From NCBI GenBank assembly GCA_963785275.1, contig CAWAUY010000028.1, positions 1,916-65,915 of the forward strand: a stretch of DNA of 64,000 bases, read 5' to 3'. Positions 40,701-48,960 of the stretch are shown one piece after another. This DNA comes from Candidatus Sulfomarinibacteraceae bacterium. Its GTDB lineage: Bacteria > Acidobacteriota > Thermoanaerobaculia > Thermoanaerobaculales > Sulfomarinibacteraceae. A model generated the notes under the pieces. The model was not told where the DNA came from. It saw nothing but the letters and a program-made list of their open reading frames with translations, and did not search any database. Every line of letters starts with the position of its first letter. Position 1 is the first letter of the stretch. The position numbers were made by a program, and so were the translations under genes.

Positions 40701-43303
40701 CCGGTGAGCAGGACCAGCAGCGGCAGCAGGGCGGCGGCAAACCACCCGCGCCGGCGGGCCAGCACCAGTCCGAAAGCGGCGAGGACCGCCGCCCCGAAGG
40801 CCGGGATCGCGGCTGCCAACAGGTTGTAGCCGACACCGGCGCTGCAGCCGGTGACCAGAATTGGAAAGGCCGCGAGAACCTCGCCGAAGTAGTAGTAGTT
40901 GAGCTGCATCCCGGCCATCCACGGTTCCCCGGGCGGCCATGAGGGGGCGTTGAGAAAGGCGTTGAGGAACGCGAAGTCCATTGGCTTCTCGCCCCAGTAG
41001 ATGGCGGGGTTGAAGGCCCTGACGACGAGGAAGACGAGGCCGACCGCACCGGTGATGACGAGGACCTTGAAGATCCCGCTGCGCCGCCGCTTGAACGTGA
41101 CGGTGATTTCGTGGCGGCCCCGCCACGCAACGGCGGCGGCAACCCCGGCCAACCCGAGAAAGATCCACGAGGCGGTGGCGGCGTTGATGGACCAGATGCG
41201 AAGCTCGCTGCCGAGCCACAGGAGCCAGGCGGGCAGGATCCAGCCAGTGGTCACGGCCAGACCGACCCCGGCGTCCGGCAGGCGTTTCAGCAACGGCAGG
41301 AACAGCACCCAGGTCGAGAGACCGAGCACGCCGAGCACCAGGGTCCACACGCCGAGATCGATGATCTGGCGGGTGGCCGACGGCACCGCCGGGAGGCTCG
41401 GCACAGGGTTGATCTTAGTGCGCTCGAGGCCCGCAAAACCGAGCATGTCGAGGTCGGGCAGAGGACGAAGGACCCGTTCGACGAGTCGTTCGGGTGCGAC
41501 CGCCGCGACCCGCCGGAAGATCAACACCTGGGGAAAGTCGTAGTTGACGAAACTCTCGTCAGCGCCTTGAACCGGCCACTCAAGACCGAAGATGCGGGGT
41601 TCGCGGTGAACCCTGGTCAACAGTTCGAAGCCCGCTTCGCCGTCCAGCAGCAGTCGGTACAGCCGGGCCGTCAGTGGGAACCTCTGCGGATTGGCGAAGA
41701 CCGTGCGCAGGACCCGGTTTGAGGTGATGACGATCCAATCGGCACGGGCGAGTTCGGTCGCCCAGCGGAGAGCCTTGCCTTCGTCGTCAGGGAGGTCGTA
41801 TGAGGGCAACGAGAACCGCTCGACGGAACCGTCGACCCCGTCGAGCGCGATCGTCTCGTCCCAGCTCTCGAAGGCCACGACCTGGCCGTCCTCCAGCATC
41901 GGCACGAGCCACTCTGTCGCCGTCTTGTGGGGGTGCGGTTGTGCAAAGGCCCAGAGGTACGCGACGCCCCACAGCACCGTGCCCGCTGCAACCAGCCCAA
42001 TCGCCCGCCGCCGGAACGGCGTTCGCAGACGGCACAACCACCAGGCGGCGATCAGGGTCGCGGGGACCACGAGGGGCTCCCAGTAGCGGAGATACTTGAC
42101 CTGGAGCGTGCTCAGCCGGATGGCCATCGGAACGAGCCAGGCGAGCAGCAACAGCAGCAATACAGAGCCCCTGTTCCAACGCCCGGCGAACCACCGGCGC
42201 CACCGGGTGGCGAACCGTCGGCCCGCCGCGGCGGAAGCAGCGAGCACCGCCAACAGGAGCATCGGCCCCCAGCCCCACAGCGCGAGCTCGCGGAGCGGGT
42301 AGAGGACGGGGAGGGTGTTTGCGTAGACCCGAACGTACGGAAGATCGGCCTCCCCGAGGACCATCCGGATCTGTTCGCCCACCCCACGCACATAGGCGGG
42401 GTTGAGATCGGGGCCGGCGGCCACGACCGCCAGCGCGCGACCAAAGGCACCATCGCCGCCGAGATCAAACAGGGCTGCAACCTGGAATGCGGCAAAGACC
42501 GCGCAGATGGCGGCCGCGACCACCAGCGCCTGCCGCACGGTTCCTTCTCTTTTCGCCGCAAGGTGGAGGGCGATCGCAGCAGCGACGAGCGCCCCGATGA
42601 GGGGCATCGGCGGGCGTGCCTCCACGAAGGCCCAGGGCTGGCACAACCAGAACGTCGCGGCAAGAGCGGACGACGCCAGCATCGCCAGCCGCATGACCTC
42701 GACGACCCGCAGCCGGCCCGCGAGGAGAATGGCCAGGGCCAGTGGCAGGCCGAGCGGCAAGGAGGCGACCTTGACCGCCAACGACGCGCCGACGGCGATG
42801 CCGGCGGCGGCGGCAGCCGGGCCGCGACCGCCGGTCGCCAGCCAATAGCAGGTAGCCAGCGCGGCCATCACCCACACCGAGTGATGGGCCTCGACGGTCG
42901 AAAAATGCGACTGTTGGAGATCGAGGGGAACCCATGCGACCACGAACAGGAAAAGGTCCGCGGTCTGTCTTCCCCACGCTTTCCGGGCGACGACCCAGCC
43001 GAGGATGAGGGCCAGCATCGATGCCAACAGCGAGACCGCTCGCCCGCTTGCGGTCAGCCCCCTCAACGAGTCGCTCATGCCGAGGATGGCCGCCGCTGCT
43101 CTCGTTCCCTGAAAGTGGAGCGAGCCGTAGGCAAAGAACTGAGGGTCGGAAAACCACCCGTCGATCTTCTGGCCGACAAAACTCACCTGTCGTTCGTCGG
43201 GGTGCAGGGAGGACGACGAGTAGCCCGAGTCCCACCCCTGCAGCAGAAGGCGCAGGCCCAGTGCGAGGAAAAGAAGCAGCCACGTTCGCTTGCGCAACAT
43301 CAT
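37778..43303 (-). CDS. Giant polytopic membrane protein: GT-C-like N-terminal region, YYY (DUF2298/Chlor_Arch_YYY) domain, C-terminal NHL-repeat beta-propeller
   Basis: 1841 aa with dozens of predicted TM helices. Contains SLHPDERQVSF near the N-terminus and GEKPMDFAFLNAF...GEPWMAGMQLNYYYFGEV (YYY motif). The C-terminal roughly 500 aa hold NHL-like blades (PRGLAVSPGGWIAVADTLNHRIQWF, PSGLALAADGTLAVADTWNGRVQLL, GSLFVADTGNRRLLRF). Confidence 0.85.
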   Translation of the reverse strand: MMLRKRTWLLLFLALGLRLLLQGWDSGYSSSSLHPDERQVSFVGQKIDGWFSDPQFFAYGSLHFQGTRAAAAILGMSDSLRGLTASGRAVSLLASMLALILGWVVARKAWGRQTADLFLFVVAWVPLDLQQSHFSTVEAHHSVWVMAALATCYWLATGGRGPAAAAAGIAVGASLAVKVASLPLGLPLALAILLAGRLRVVEVMRLAMLASSALAATFWLCQPWAFVEARPPMPLIGALVAAAIALHLAAKREGTVRQALVVAAAICAVFAAFQVAALFDLGGDGAFGRALAVVAAGPDLNPAYVRGVGEQIRMVLGEADLPYVRVYANTLPVLYPLRELALWGWGPMLLLAVLAASAAAGRRFATRWRRWFAGRWNRGSVLLLLLLAWLVPMAIRLSTLQVKYLRYWEPLVVPATLIAAWWLCRLRTPFRRRAIGLVAAGTVLWGVAYLWAFAQPHPHKTATEWLVPMLEDGQVVAFESWDETIALDGVDGSVERFSLPSYDLPDDEGKALRWATELARADWIVITSNRVLRTVFANPQRFPLTARLYRLLLDGEAGFELLTRVHREPRIFGLEWPVQGADESFVNYDFPQVLIFRRVAAVAPERLVERVLRPLPDLDMLGFAGLERTKINPVPSLPAVPSATRQIIDLGVWTLVLGVLGLSTWVLFLPLLKRLPDAGVGLAVTTGWILPAWLLWLGSELRIWSINAATASWIFLGLAGVAAAVAWRGRHEITVTFKRRRSGIFKVLVITGAVGLVFLVVRAFNPAIYWGEKPMDFAFLNAFLNAPSWPPGEPWMAGMQLNYYYFGEVLAAFPILVTGCSAGVGYNLLAAAIPAFGAAVLAAFGLVLARRRGWFAAALLPLLVLLTGNLAWPWLFDLAQKNKIFDLWWATSRVVPGFAITEYPLWTALFADLHGHFIALPVFLATLFWGWITVSARNRQWLAAACVCGIGAAVVVATNPWDLFLLTAVLFVGTVAAARKPIAGLGRLAAAGTLSLAAALPFVYELVAGINAGAGGRGLFVTHADFAPAWAVLRHFGLFMVPMAVLGMALLGRRWWIVLPTAGLGVWGGLAFGSSAAALALAVAAVFATVAISRRFRLDRMAWALAALGCLAIAACERFTLIDRMNTIFKIYNGVWVVFALALAVVLLRTRGGRRRLVFAVWLPLQLVAAVNLPLGIAQGWIQPRTASPRPSLNGQAYLAGRDRQTAFLVRALQGVARPGDVVAESAGASYSQHTRMVMHTGQPTVVGWEWHLQQRGQSVEEIGARFDDLKTLYSGRDHRARRAVLDRYDVQWVVLADLEREQYQLTGDGAMQEVPGLVKVAEHDGAMLYRVTEGVAPRTPIAPAMQLPKGATVIAELPETRHDVVRSLALDGKGALATLLDGQVIELDLAGWPSGTLPIPPCDVLGAVRWQDRAWSLCADGRVFRFAGENWQPKGRLSGALGLAAGEVLWAWGDEGVWRRDGDTWSRAFSDAVTAAAANDDWLAWSDGRSVRLGRGDQPAAVGGALDGVRSLAWQGKDLVAVDSQGVHRSGGGLLPWRQILPGAGEINAVAGRGHSLWLIRSDGLIIESIAPGCPSPWQRGSGRAGNGLREPRGLAVSPGGWIAVADTLNHRIQWFSAQGACLDVLGEEGTAPGTFKEPSGLALAADGTLAVADTWNGRVQLLLPDGTIKIIGKNLFGPRDALWSGDGSLFVADTGNRRLLRFDPPEWRETVVATLPGPVTGLAWSAGLLAAAVPVDGAVALVDTATGQVVRRLDVPGWSNGDQQEAYLAVLPSGMLAATAPSTGEVWHVDPTGQTPARLLRDGLPGVTAVALMPDGSLVASQTWENHLVTIPLDEAVRQ

Positions 43304-43379
43304 TTCAACACTAGCGGATGATCCTCGAAATCGTCCACCGTTTGCAAAGTTTTAACCTGCCTTTGTCGATCAGGAGAGG

Positions 43380-44282
43380 TCACGATGTGCGGTGGCAGAT
43401 GAAGCGGGCCAGCGCCGCGAGCTCGCCGTCGGGTCCTTCGAGGCTTCGGGCACGGTTTACCAGCTGCTCCTCCAGCAGATCGAGTCGCTGTTGCGCCGCG
43501 GCGAGGCCGTACAGAGTGACATACGTGAGCTTGCCGCTTTGGGCGTCCTTTCCGGGCGATTTGCCGAGGTCGTCGGCCGAGGCGGTGGCGTCGAGAATGT
43601 CATCCGCGACCTGAAAGGCGAGACCGAGATCGCGACCGAACAGGGCGAAATTCGCTCGGTCCGGCGGTTTGGCCCGGGCAAGCAGTGCGCCGAGCTCCAC
43701 CGACGCCTGCAGAAGACACCCGGTCTTGTGGCGGTGGATCCGCTCGAGCTGTTGTTCGAGCGCGGTCCGGTCGCTCGCGCTTCGGCCGGTGCTTTCAATG
43801 TCCTCCGCCTGCCCGCCGACCATCCCCCGGGAGGACACCGCTTCGGCAACCAGCGCCACCGCGTCGGCGCGGATATCCGTCCAGGATGCGCCTTCGGGGT
43901 GGCGCGCCAGGAGGAGCAGTCCTTCGGCGAGCAGGGCATCGCCGACCAGGATTGCGGTCGCCTCGTCAAAGGCGATGTGGACCGTCGGGCGACCCCGGCG
44001 CAGCACGTCGTCGTCCATCGCGGGGAGATCGTCGTGAACCAGGGAGTAGGTGTGGATGAGTTCGAGACCGCACGCCGCTTCCGTCACCGCATCGGGGTCT
44101 CCACCGGCTGCCCGGCAGGTGAGCCGAGCGAGGATCGGACGGATTCTCTTGCCACCGGCGAAGACCGCGTAGGCCATCGCTTCGTGGAGGCGCCGGGGCC
44201 ACGAGTCGGGGTTTCCAACGAGGCGTTGCAGGGCCGCCTCGACCACCACACGCTCGTCCGAAAGCAGCCGTTCGACGTTCAC
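43380..44282 (-). CDS. ispA: Polyprenyl (farnesyl/geranylgeranyl) diphosphate synthase
   Basis: FARM LVHDDLPAMDDDVLRRG and SARM FQVADDILD. The GTG start at 44280-44282 overlaps the xseB stop (GTGA). The ORF-track start at 44381 is an extension. Confidence 0.9.
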   Translation of the reverse strand: MNVERLLSDERVVVEAALQRLVGNPDSWPRRLHEAMAYAVFAGGKRIRPILARLTCRAAGGDPDAVTEAACGLELIHTYSLVHDDLPAMDDDVLRRGRPTVHIAFDEATAILVGDALLAEGLLLLARHPEGASWTDIRADAVALVAEAVSSRGMVGGQAEDIESTGRSASDRTALEQQLERIHRHKTGCLLQASVELGALLARAKPPDRANFALFGRDLGLAFQVADDILDATASADDLGKSPGKDAQSGKLTYVTLYGLAAAQQRLDLLEEQLVNRARSLEGPDGELAALARFICHRTS

Positions 44283-44524
44283 TCCGTGTCCTCGTCCTCT
44301 TCCTCGGCCAGCACGTCCACAGCATCGCCTTCGAGCAGCTGGCTCACCCGCTGCTCGACCTCTTCGAGTCGGCCGCGGCATTTTTTGGCGAGTTCCATCC
44401 CGTTCTCGAAGAGACCGAGCGCCTCTTCGAGCCCGACCGACTCGTCTTCGAGCCGCGCGACGATGGCCTCGAGATTGGCGAGTTGGTCTTCGAACCGTTC
44501 ACTTTCTTTCTTCTTTTCGGTCAT
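44279..44524 (-). CDS. xseB: Exodeoxyribonuclease VII small subunit
   Basis: FEDQLANLEAIVARLEDESVGLEEALGLFENGMELAKKCRGRLEEVEQRV. 81 aa. Confidence 0.9.
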   Translation of the reverse strand: MTEKKKESERFEDQLANLEAIVARLEDESVGLEEALGLFENGMELAKKCRGRLEEVEQRVSQLLEGDAVDVLAEEEDEDTE

Positions 44525-45969
44525 CGATCGCTCCGATCGTCGGGCGCGGATCCCGACTGCGTGGTGTCGTCGAACAGCGACGGCTGCGCCGCCGGGTCTT
44601 TGGATCGGCCGGGCCTCTCGCTGGAAGTGCTGCTGACCAGAGACCGTACCCGGCCGCGGGCGAGGCGTGTCGTCAGGGTCTGTCCGCCATGGATGCTGTG
44701 CGCATCCCTGAGCGGTGTCGTGGCCCCCTCGAGGGTCGTGATGGAGTAGCCCCTTTCGAGCACCCTGGTCGGTCCGAGGTGGCCGAGCGCGCGGGCCGAT
44801 GCCTCGGCGCGGGCGCGCAGCCGCCGTGTGTGCGCATCCATCAACTGGCGGAGCTGCTGTTGGCGGCTCGCGAGGAGCCGGCGATGGCCGCCGGCAGCGA
44901 TCCTGGCGGGCAATCGCCTGAGGCCCTGACTGGCATACTCAAGGCGCGCGCCGGCCGCCTCGAAGACCCGTCGCAGGGCGGGGGCGAGCCTGGCGGCTCG
45001 CCGCAGACGTTCGCGGTAGAGCCGAATCCGTTGCGGCACCATGGCCAGACCGGACGACCCAGCGAGGCCGTTGAGGTGGGTTCGGGCGTGGCGAAGGTGG
45101 CGGGTGATGTCCCGCCGCAGGACTTCACGCGCGTCGTTCACGCGGCGCTCCTGCTCTTCGAGACGCGCGACCACGATCTCCGCCGCCTGGGTTGGAGTGG
45201 CGGCTCGGACATCGGCCACGAAGTCGGCGATGGTGAAATCAACCTCGTGGCCGACGCCCGAGATGACCGGCACCGGTGACGCCGCGATGGCCCGGGCCAC
45301 GGGCTCCTCGTTGAAGGCCCACAAATCTTCGAGACTGCCGCCGCCGCGGCCGACGATCACGATGTTGACCCTGCCCGAGCGTGTGAGCCGGTCGATGGCC
45401 GCCGCGATTTCCGCGGCGGCGCCCGCACCCTGAACGGTGGCGGGGGCCACCACGACATCGAGGAACGGGTGGCGTCGCAAGACCTTGAGCATGTCCTGCA
45501 GGGCGGCTCCTGAAGCGGAGGTGACGATGCCGACCCGGTTGGGCAGGGCCGGCAGCGCTCGTTTCCTCTCGGCCGCGAAGAGCCCCTCCTGTTCGAGTCG
45601 CTTTTTGAGTTGTTCGAATGCGAGCTGGAGGGCGCCCACGCCCTGCGGCTGGACATCGTCGACCACCATCTGAAACCGGCCGCGCTGGGCGTAGATGGTG
45701 AGCGAACCGCGGACGAGAACGGCGAGCCCGTCTTCGAGCTCGAACTTGAGCCGTTTGGCCTTCGAAGCCCACAGGACGCAGTCGATGGCGGCGCTCTCAT
45801 CCTTGAGGGTGAAATAGACGTGGCCCCGCCCCGAAGGGTTGACGTTCGTGGCCTCGCCTTCGACCCGGACGCCTGAGAAACCCTGTTCGAGGAGCGTGTT
45901 GACTTCGGCCAGAAGCGCGGCGACCGAATAGACGCGATCACTCATCGCTGGCCACACAAACCCGGTCAC
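44521..45969 (-). CDS. xseA: Exodeoxyribonuclease VII large subunit
   Basis: OB fold (VRVEGEATNVNPSGRGHVYFTLKD) and GIVTSASGAALQDM. The stop overlaps the xseB start (ATGA). An alternative ATG start is at 45945. Confidence 0.9.
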   Translation of the reverse strand: MTGFVWPAMSDRVYSVAALLAEVNTLLEQGFSGVRVEGEATNVNPSGRGHVYFTLKDESAAIDCVLWASKAKRLKFELEDGLAVLVRGSLTIYAQRGRFQMVVDDVQPQGVGALQLAFEQLKKRLEQEGLFAAERKRALPALPNRVGIVTSASGAALQDMLKVLRRHPFLDVVVAPATVQGAGAAAEIAAAIDRLTRSGRVNIVIVGRGGGSLEDLWAFNEEPVARAIAASPVPVISGVGHEVDFTIADFVADVRAATPTQAAEIVVARLEEQERRVNDAREVLRRDITRHLRHARTHLNGLAGSSGLAMVPQRIRLYRERLRRAARLAPALRRVFEAAGARLEYASQGLRRLPARIAAGGHRRLLASRQQQLRQLMDAHTRRLRARAEASARALGHLGPTRVLERGYSITTLEGATTPLRDAHSIHGGQTLTTRLARGRVRSLVSSTSSERPGRSKDPAAQPSLFDDTTQSGSAPDDRSDR

Positions 45970-45996
45970 GCGTGTTGCAACAGGCCACGATGGGGC

Positions 45997-46245
45997 TCAG
46001 CCGTCCAACTCCTCGCGCGAAAGCGCGTCATCCACCAACATCACAGGAATGCCTGAAACGACGGGGTAGACGCGGCCGGCTGGCGAGGCGAGCCCGACCT
46101 CGATCACTGGTTCCTCGCCCTTGAACTGTTCGCGGTACTTCTCGATCAGACGCTGACGTACCGGCTCCGGCAACTCGACGACCTCGAGTGGCGTTTTGTC
46201 CACCGGGCATACCAGAATCTCCAGCAGCTTGGGGTCGACATCCAT
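45997..46245 (-). CDS. Trm112/YcaR-family (UPF0434) small protein
   Basis: LLEILVCPVDKTPLE ... YPVVSGIPVMLVDDA. ATG 46243-46245 is preceded by AAGGAG. The ORF-track start at 46326 is an extension. Confidence 0.8.
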   Translation of the reverse strand: MDVDPKLLEILVCPVDKTPLEVVELPEPVRQRLIEKYREQFKGEEPVIEVGLASPAGRVYPVVSGIPVMLVDDALSREELDG

Positions 46246-46347
46246 GACGCGCTCCTTCGGCGACAATTCTACACGAGGCGGAAACGACGAAAGAACGAAA
46301 AAGGGCCCCGGAGATCCGGGGCCCATGGTTATCGGTTGTCGTTCCGG

Positions 46348-48411
46348 TCAGTCGTCGGTCGGTTCAGGTGCAGGCGACGATGGTGGGTCAGCCGGTGGGT
46401 TTAAAATGTCTTCCCTTTCCTGGCGGCGCTTCGTGCGCTCGATGCGATGTTGGATGACGCGTTCCGTTTCTTTGCGCGCCTCTTCGAGGTGGCCCGGGTG
46501 CTCGTGCCTGTACATCTCTTCGGGCATGTGCCCGGTGATCCAGCTCGGATTCATGGGGTAGACGTGGGGGTGGAAGATCACCGAGTACATGTGCCAGACG
46601 AGGATCGCGAGCGACGCCAGCCAGGCCTCCCAGAAGTGGATGACCAGGGCCACATCGAGGACGCCCTTGGGCAGGAACTGAACAAACCAGTTGTCGAACC
46701 ACAAGAGGATACCGGTGATGACCATGACTACGGTGCCCCAGACCAGGGCCCAGTACTCGGCCTTTTCGACGTAGTTGAAGCGCTGGGTGCACTCCATCCG
46801 CCGTCCCAGACCGAGGTTGTACAGCATACGGCGGATGAAGAACTCGAAATCGCGTCGGATCGGCCACATGTCTTTGACGAAGCGGCGGCCGCGCGGCGAG
46901 AGCAGGAACAGGGTGTGCCACAGGATGGTCGCCATGTAGATCACCGCAGAGGCTCGGTGAAGGATGCCGCGGACTTCGAACCCGCCTTCCCAACCGAAGA
47001 ACAAGCGCGAGATAAAGCCCTGGTCGTAGCGCAGGGCGAAACCGGAGATGACCAGAGCGATAAAGGAGATGGCGAGCAGGGCGTGCTGGACCACCTCGTC
47101 GATGTGCATCCGTACGACCTGAGGCCGTTTTTTCGAGATGTTCACGAGATGGCGGACGAGATCGATGAGCCAGTGCAGGATCATCAGACCGATGATCACC
47201 GCGATGGCCACGATGTAGATCTTTTCGATGACGTCGGCAGCTGGTGTCCGCAGACCCTGGCCTCCGATGCCGTGAATCGGGGTGTTGGCCATTTTTTCGG
47301 AGATATTCGGGTGACATTCGCCGCAGGTCGACCGGAGGTTGCCGGGGTATACGGTCGAGGTCGGGTCGGAGCTCGCGAGAATGCGGTGGACGCCGTGGCA
47401 GGATGCGCAGTTGGCGACGTGGGTATCGCCGGCCTTCGACTTGAGCCCATGGTAGGAGTCGATAAACGTGGTCAGCCGACCGGTACTGATGTCGTACTTC
47501 TCGTTGAGCACCGTCGATTCGTGGCACGGTGAACACGTCATCTCGGCGACTTTGGAACCCGACACCGGCGACAGGGGATCGTCCGGCGACAGAATGCCGT
47601 GCTCGCCGTGGCAGTCGGTGCACACCGGCGCGTCGGTCTCGCCGCGCGCCGCCAGTTGGCCGTGAATGCCCTCCCGATAGTCGTTCTCCACACCCCCGTG
47701 GCATCTGCCGCAGGTCGAGGGGATGTTGAAGTGGTTGATGCTTGATTCCGGCGAACCCGGGGAGAGGATCCTGTGGGCGGTGCCGCTGGTCGAGTGGCAG
47801 TCGTTGCAGGTCGCCGCCACGTAGACGCCGCCGCGCGAGGCCTTGCTGTGGACCGAACGGGCGTAAATCTGGATCGGGTGGTCGATGAGGATGTCGTACT
47901 TGGTCGTGATGTCGAGATTTTCGTGGCACTTACCACAGGTCGCGGGAAGGTTGGTTGGGTGGGTGGACGAACGATTCACCGAAGAGGGAAGAATGTCGTG
48001 AGAACCGTGGCAGTCCGAGCATTGCGGCATGTCCACGATGCCGTCGCCGATTAGGGCCCGGCCGTGCGCCTGGTACTGCATGGCAGCCTCGTCGTGGCAC
48101 ACGCGGCAGGGGTCACTGCCCACCCTGAAATTCGAATCCGGTGGGCGGTGGGGCACCGTGTCCCGATCCTGGTGGCAGTCGAGGCATTCGACGCCGTCGT
48201 GCGCCGAGTGCGAAACCTCGTCAGCAAAGGCCGAGCCCGTGCCGCCCGCCTCATGGCAATCGGCGCACATCGAGCTGTCGATGGATTCGAACTCGTCGTC
48301 CTGGGCGACGGCGAACGGTGTGATGAGGAAACTGACCGCAGCAGCGAACACCGCGACCGTAATACGGCCGAAAATCAACCGACCAGTTGACAGCAGCGAA
48401 GAGTGGTTCAT
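46348..48411 (-). CDS. Inner-membrane multiheme cytochrome c (11 CxxCH) fused to a HydC/FdnI-type b-cytochrome membrane domain (CbcL-like)
   Basis: The eleven CxxCH motifs are CADCH, CLDCH, CRVCH, CSDCH, CGKCH, CNDCH, CGRCH, CTDCH, CSPCH, CASCH and CGECH. N-terminal signal/anchor. The C-terminal roughly 250 aa have 5 TM helices with conserved His (ILHWL, VVQHAL, ILHRAS..LWHTL, VIHFWEAW..VWHMY). ATG 48409-48411 is preceded by GGAGG. Confidence 0.85.
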   Translation of the reverse strand: MNHSSLLSTGRLIFGRITVAVFAAAVSFLITPFAVAQDDEFESIDSSMCADCHEAGGTGSAFADEVSHSAHDGVECLDCHQDRDTVPHRPPDSNFRVGSDPCRVCHDEAAMQYQAHGRALIGDGIVDMPQCSDCHGSHDILPSSVNRSSTHPTNLPATCGKCHENLDITTKYDILIDHPIQIYARSVHSKASRGGVYVAATCNDCHSTSGTAHRILSPGSPESSINHFNIPSTCGRCHGGVENDYREGIHGQLAARGETDAPVCTDCHGEHGILSPDDPLSPVSGSKVAEMTCSPCHESTVLNEKYDISTGRLTTFIDSYHGLKSKAGDTHVANCASCHGVHRILASSDPTSTVYPGNLRSTCGECHPNISEKMANTPIHGIGGQGLRTPAADVIEKIYIVAIAVIIGLMILHWLIDLVRHLVNISKKRPQVVRMHIDEVVQHALLAISFIALVISGFALRYDQGFISRLFFGWEGGFEVRGILHRASAVIYMATILWHTLFLLSPRGRRFVKDMWPIRRDFEFFIRRMLYNLGLGRRMECTQRFNYVEKAEYWALVWGTVVMVITGILLWFDNWFVQFLPKGVLDVALVIHFWEAWLASLAILVWHMYSVIFHPHVYPMNPSWITGHMPEEMYRHEHPGHLEEARKETERVIQHRIERTKRRQEREDILNPPADPPSSPAPEPTDD

Positions 48412-48429
48412 GACAGCCCCTCCACCTAC

Positions 48430-48457
48430 ATTGTGGGGCATTTCACAAGCGTGTCAA
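48430..48457 (-). promoter_or_regulatory. Candidate sigma70 promoter of the multiheme cytochrome gene
   Basis: The minus strand reads TTGACA (revcomp 48452-48457)-N16-CACAAT (revcomp 48430-48435), inside an AT-rich 140-nt gap. Confidence 0.35.
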
Positions 48458-48582
48458 CTCAAGAAATCATTTGTTTTCAGAATTTTGAATAGGTGACTAT
48501 ATGCCCAAATATGTAAGTTTCTGTATTGAAGATATTTCCGGGCGAGATGTGTCGGAGACTGCGTTTCGGTCCTATCGAATCG

Positions 48583-48960
48583 TCAGATCAGGATCACGCG
48601 AACCCGTCGCGAACGCGGCCCATCGAGCTCGACGAAGAAGATTCCCTGCCACGTGCCGAGGCACAGCCGGCCGTTTTCGACCGGCACCGTCACCGAGCTG
48701 CCGAGCAGCGTTGCCATCAGGTGGGCATCGGAGTTGCCCTCGGCGTGGGCAAACGGGACCGGCGGTACCATGGCCTCATAGGCGGCCACGAGGTCGCGGG
48801 CGACGTCGGGATCGGCGCTTTCGTTGATAACCACCGCTGCGGTCGTGTGCGGCACGAAGACGTGGCACAGACCGTCGCGCGAATCCTGGACAACGGCGGC
48901 GACCCGGCCGGTGATGTCGACCATCTCGCGCCGGGCGTTGGTGCGGACTTTGATGATCAT
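48583..48960 (-). CDS. YjbQ/UPF0047-family protein (secondary thiamine-phosphate synthase-like)
   Basis: DITGRVAAVV...GLCHVFVPHTTAAVVINE..DPDV..D and GNSDAHL...LLG.S...PV..G.L.LGTWQGI. 125 aa. Confidence 0.9.
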   Translation of the reverse strand: MIIKVRTNARREMVDITGRVAAVVQDSRDGLCHVFVPHTTAAVVINESADPDVARDLVAAYEAMVPPVPFAHAEGNSDAHLMATLLGSSVTVPVENGRLCLGTWQGIFFVELDGPRSRRVRVILI

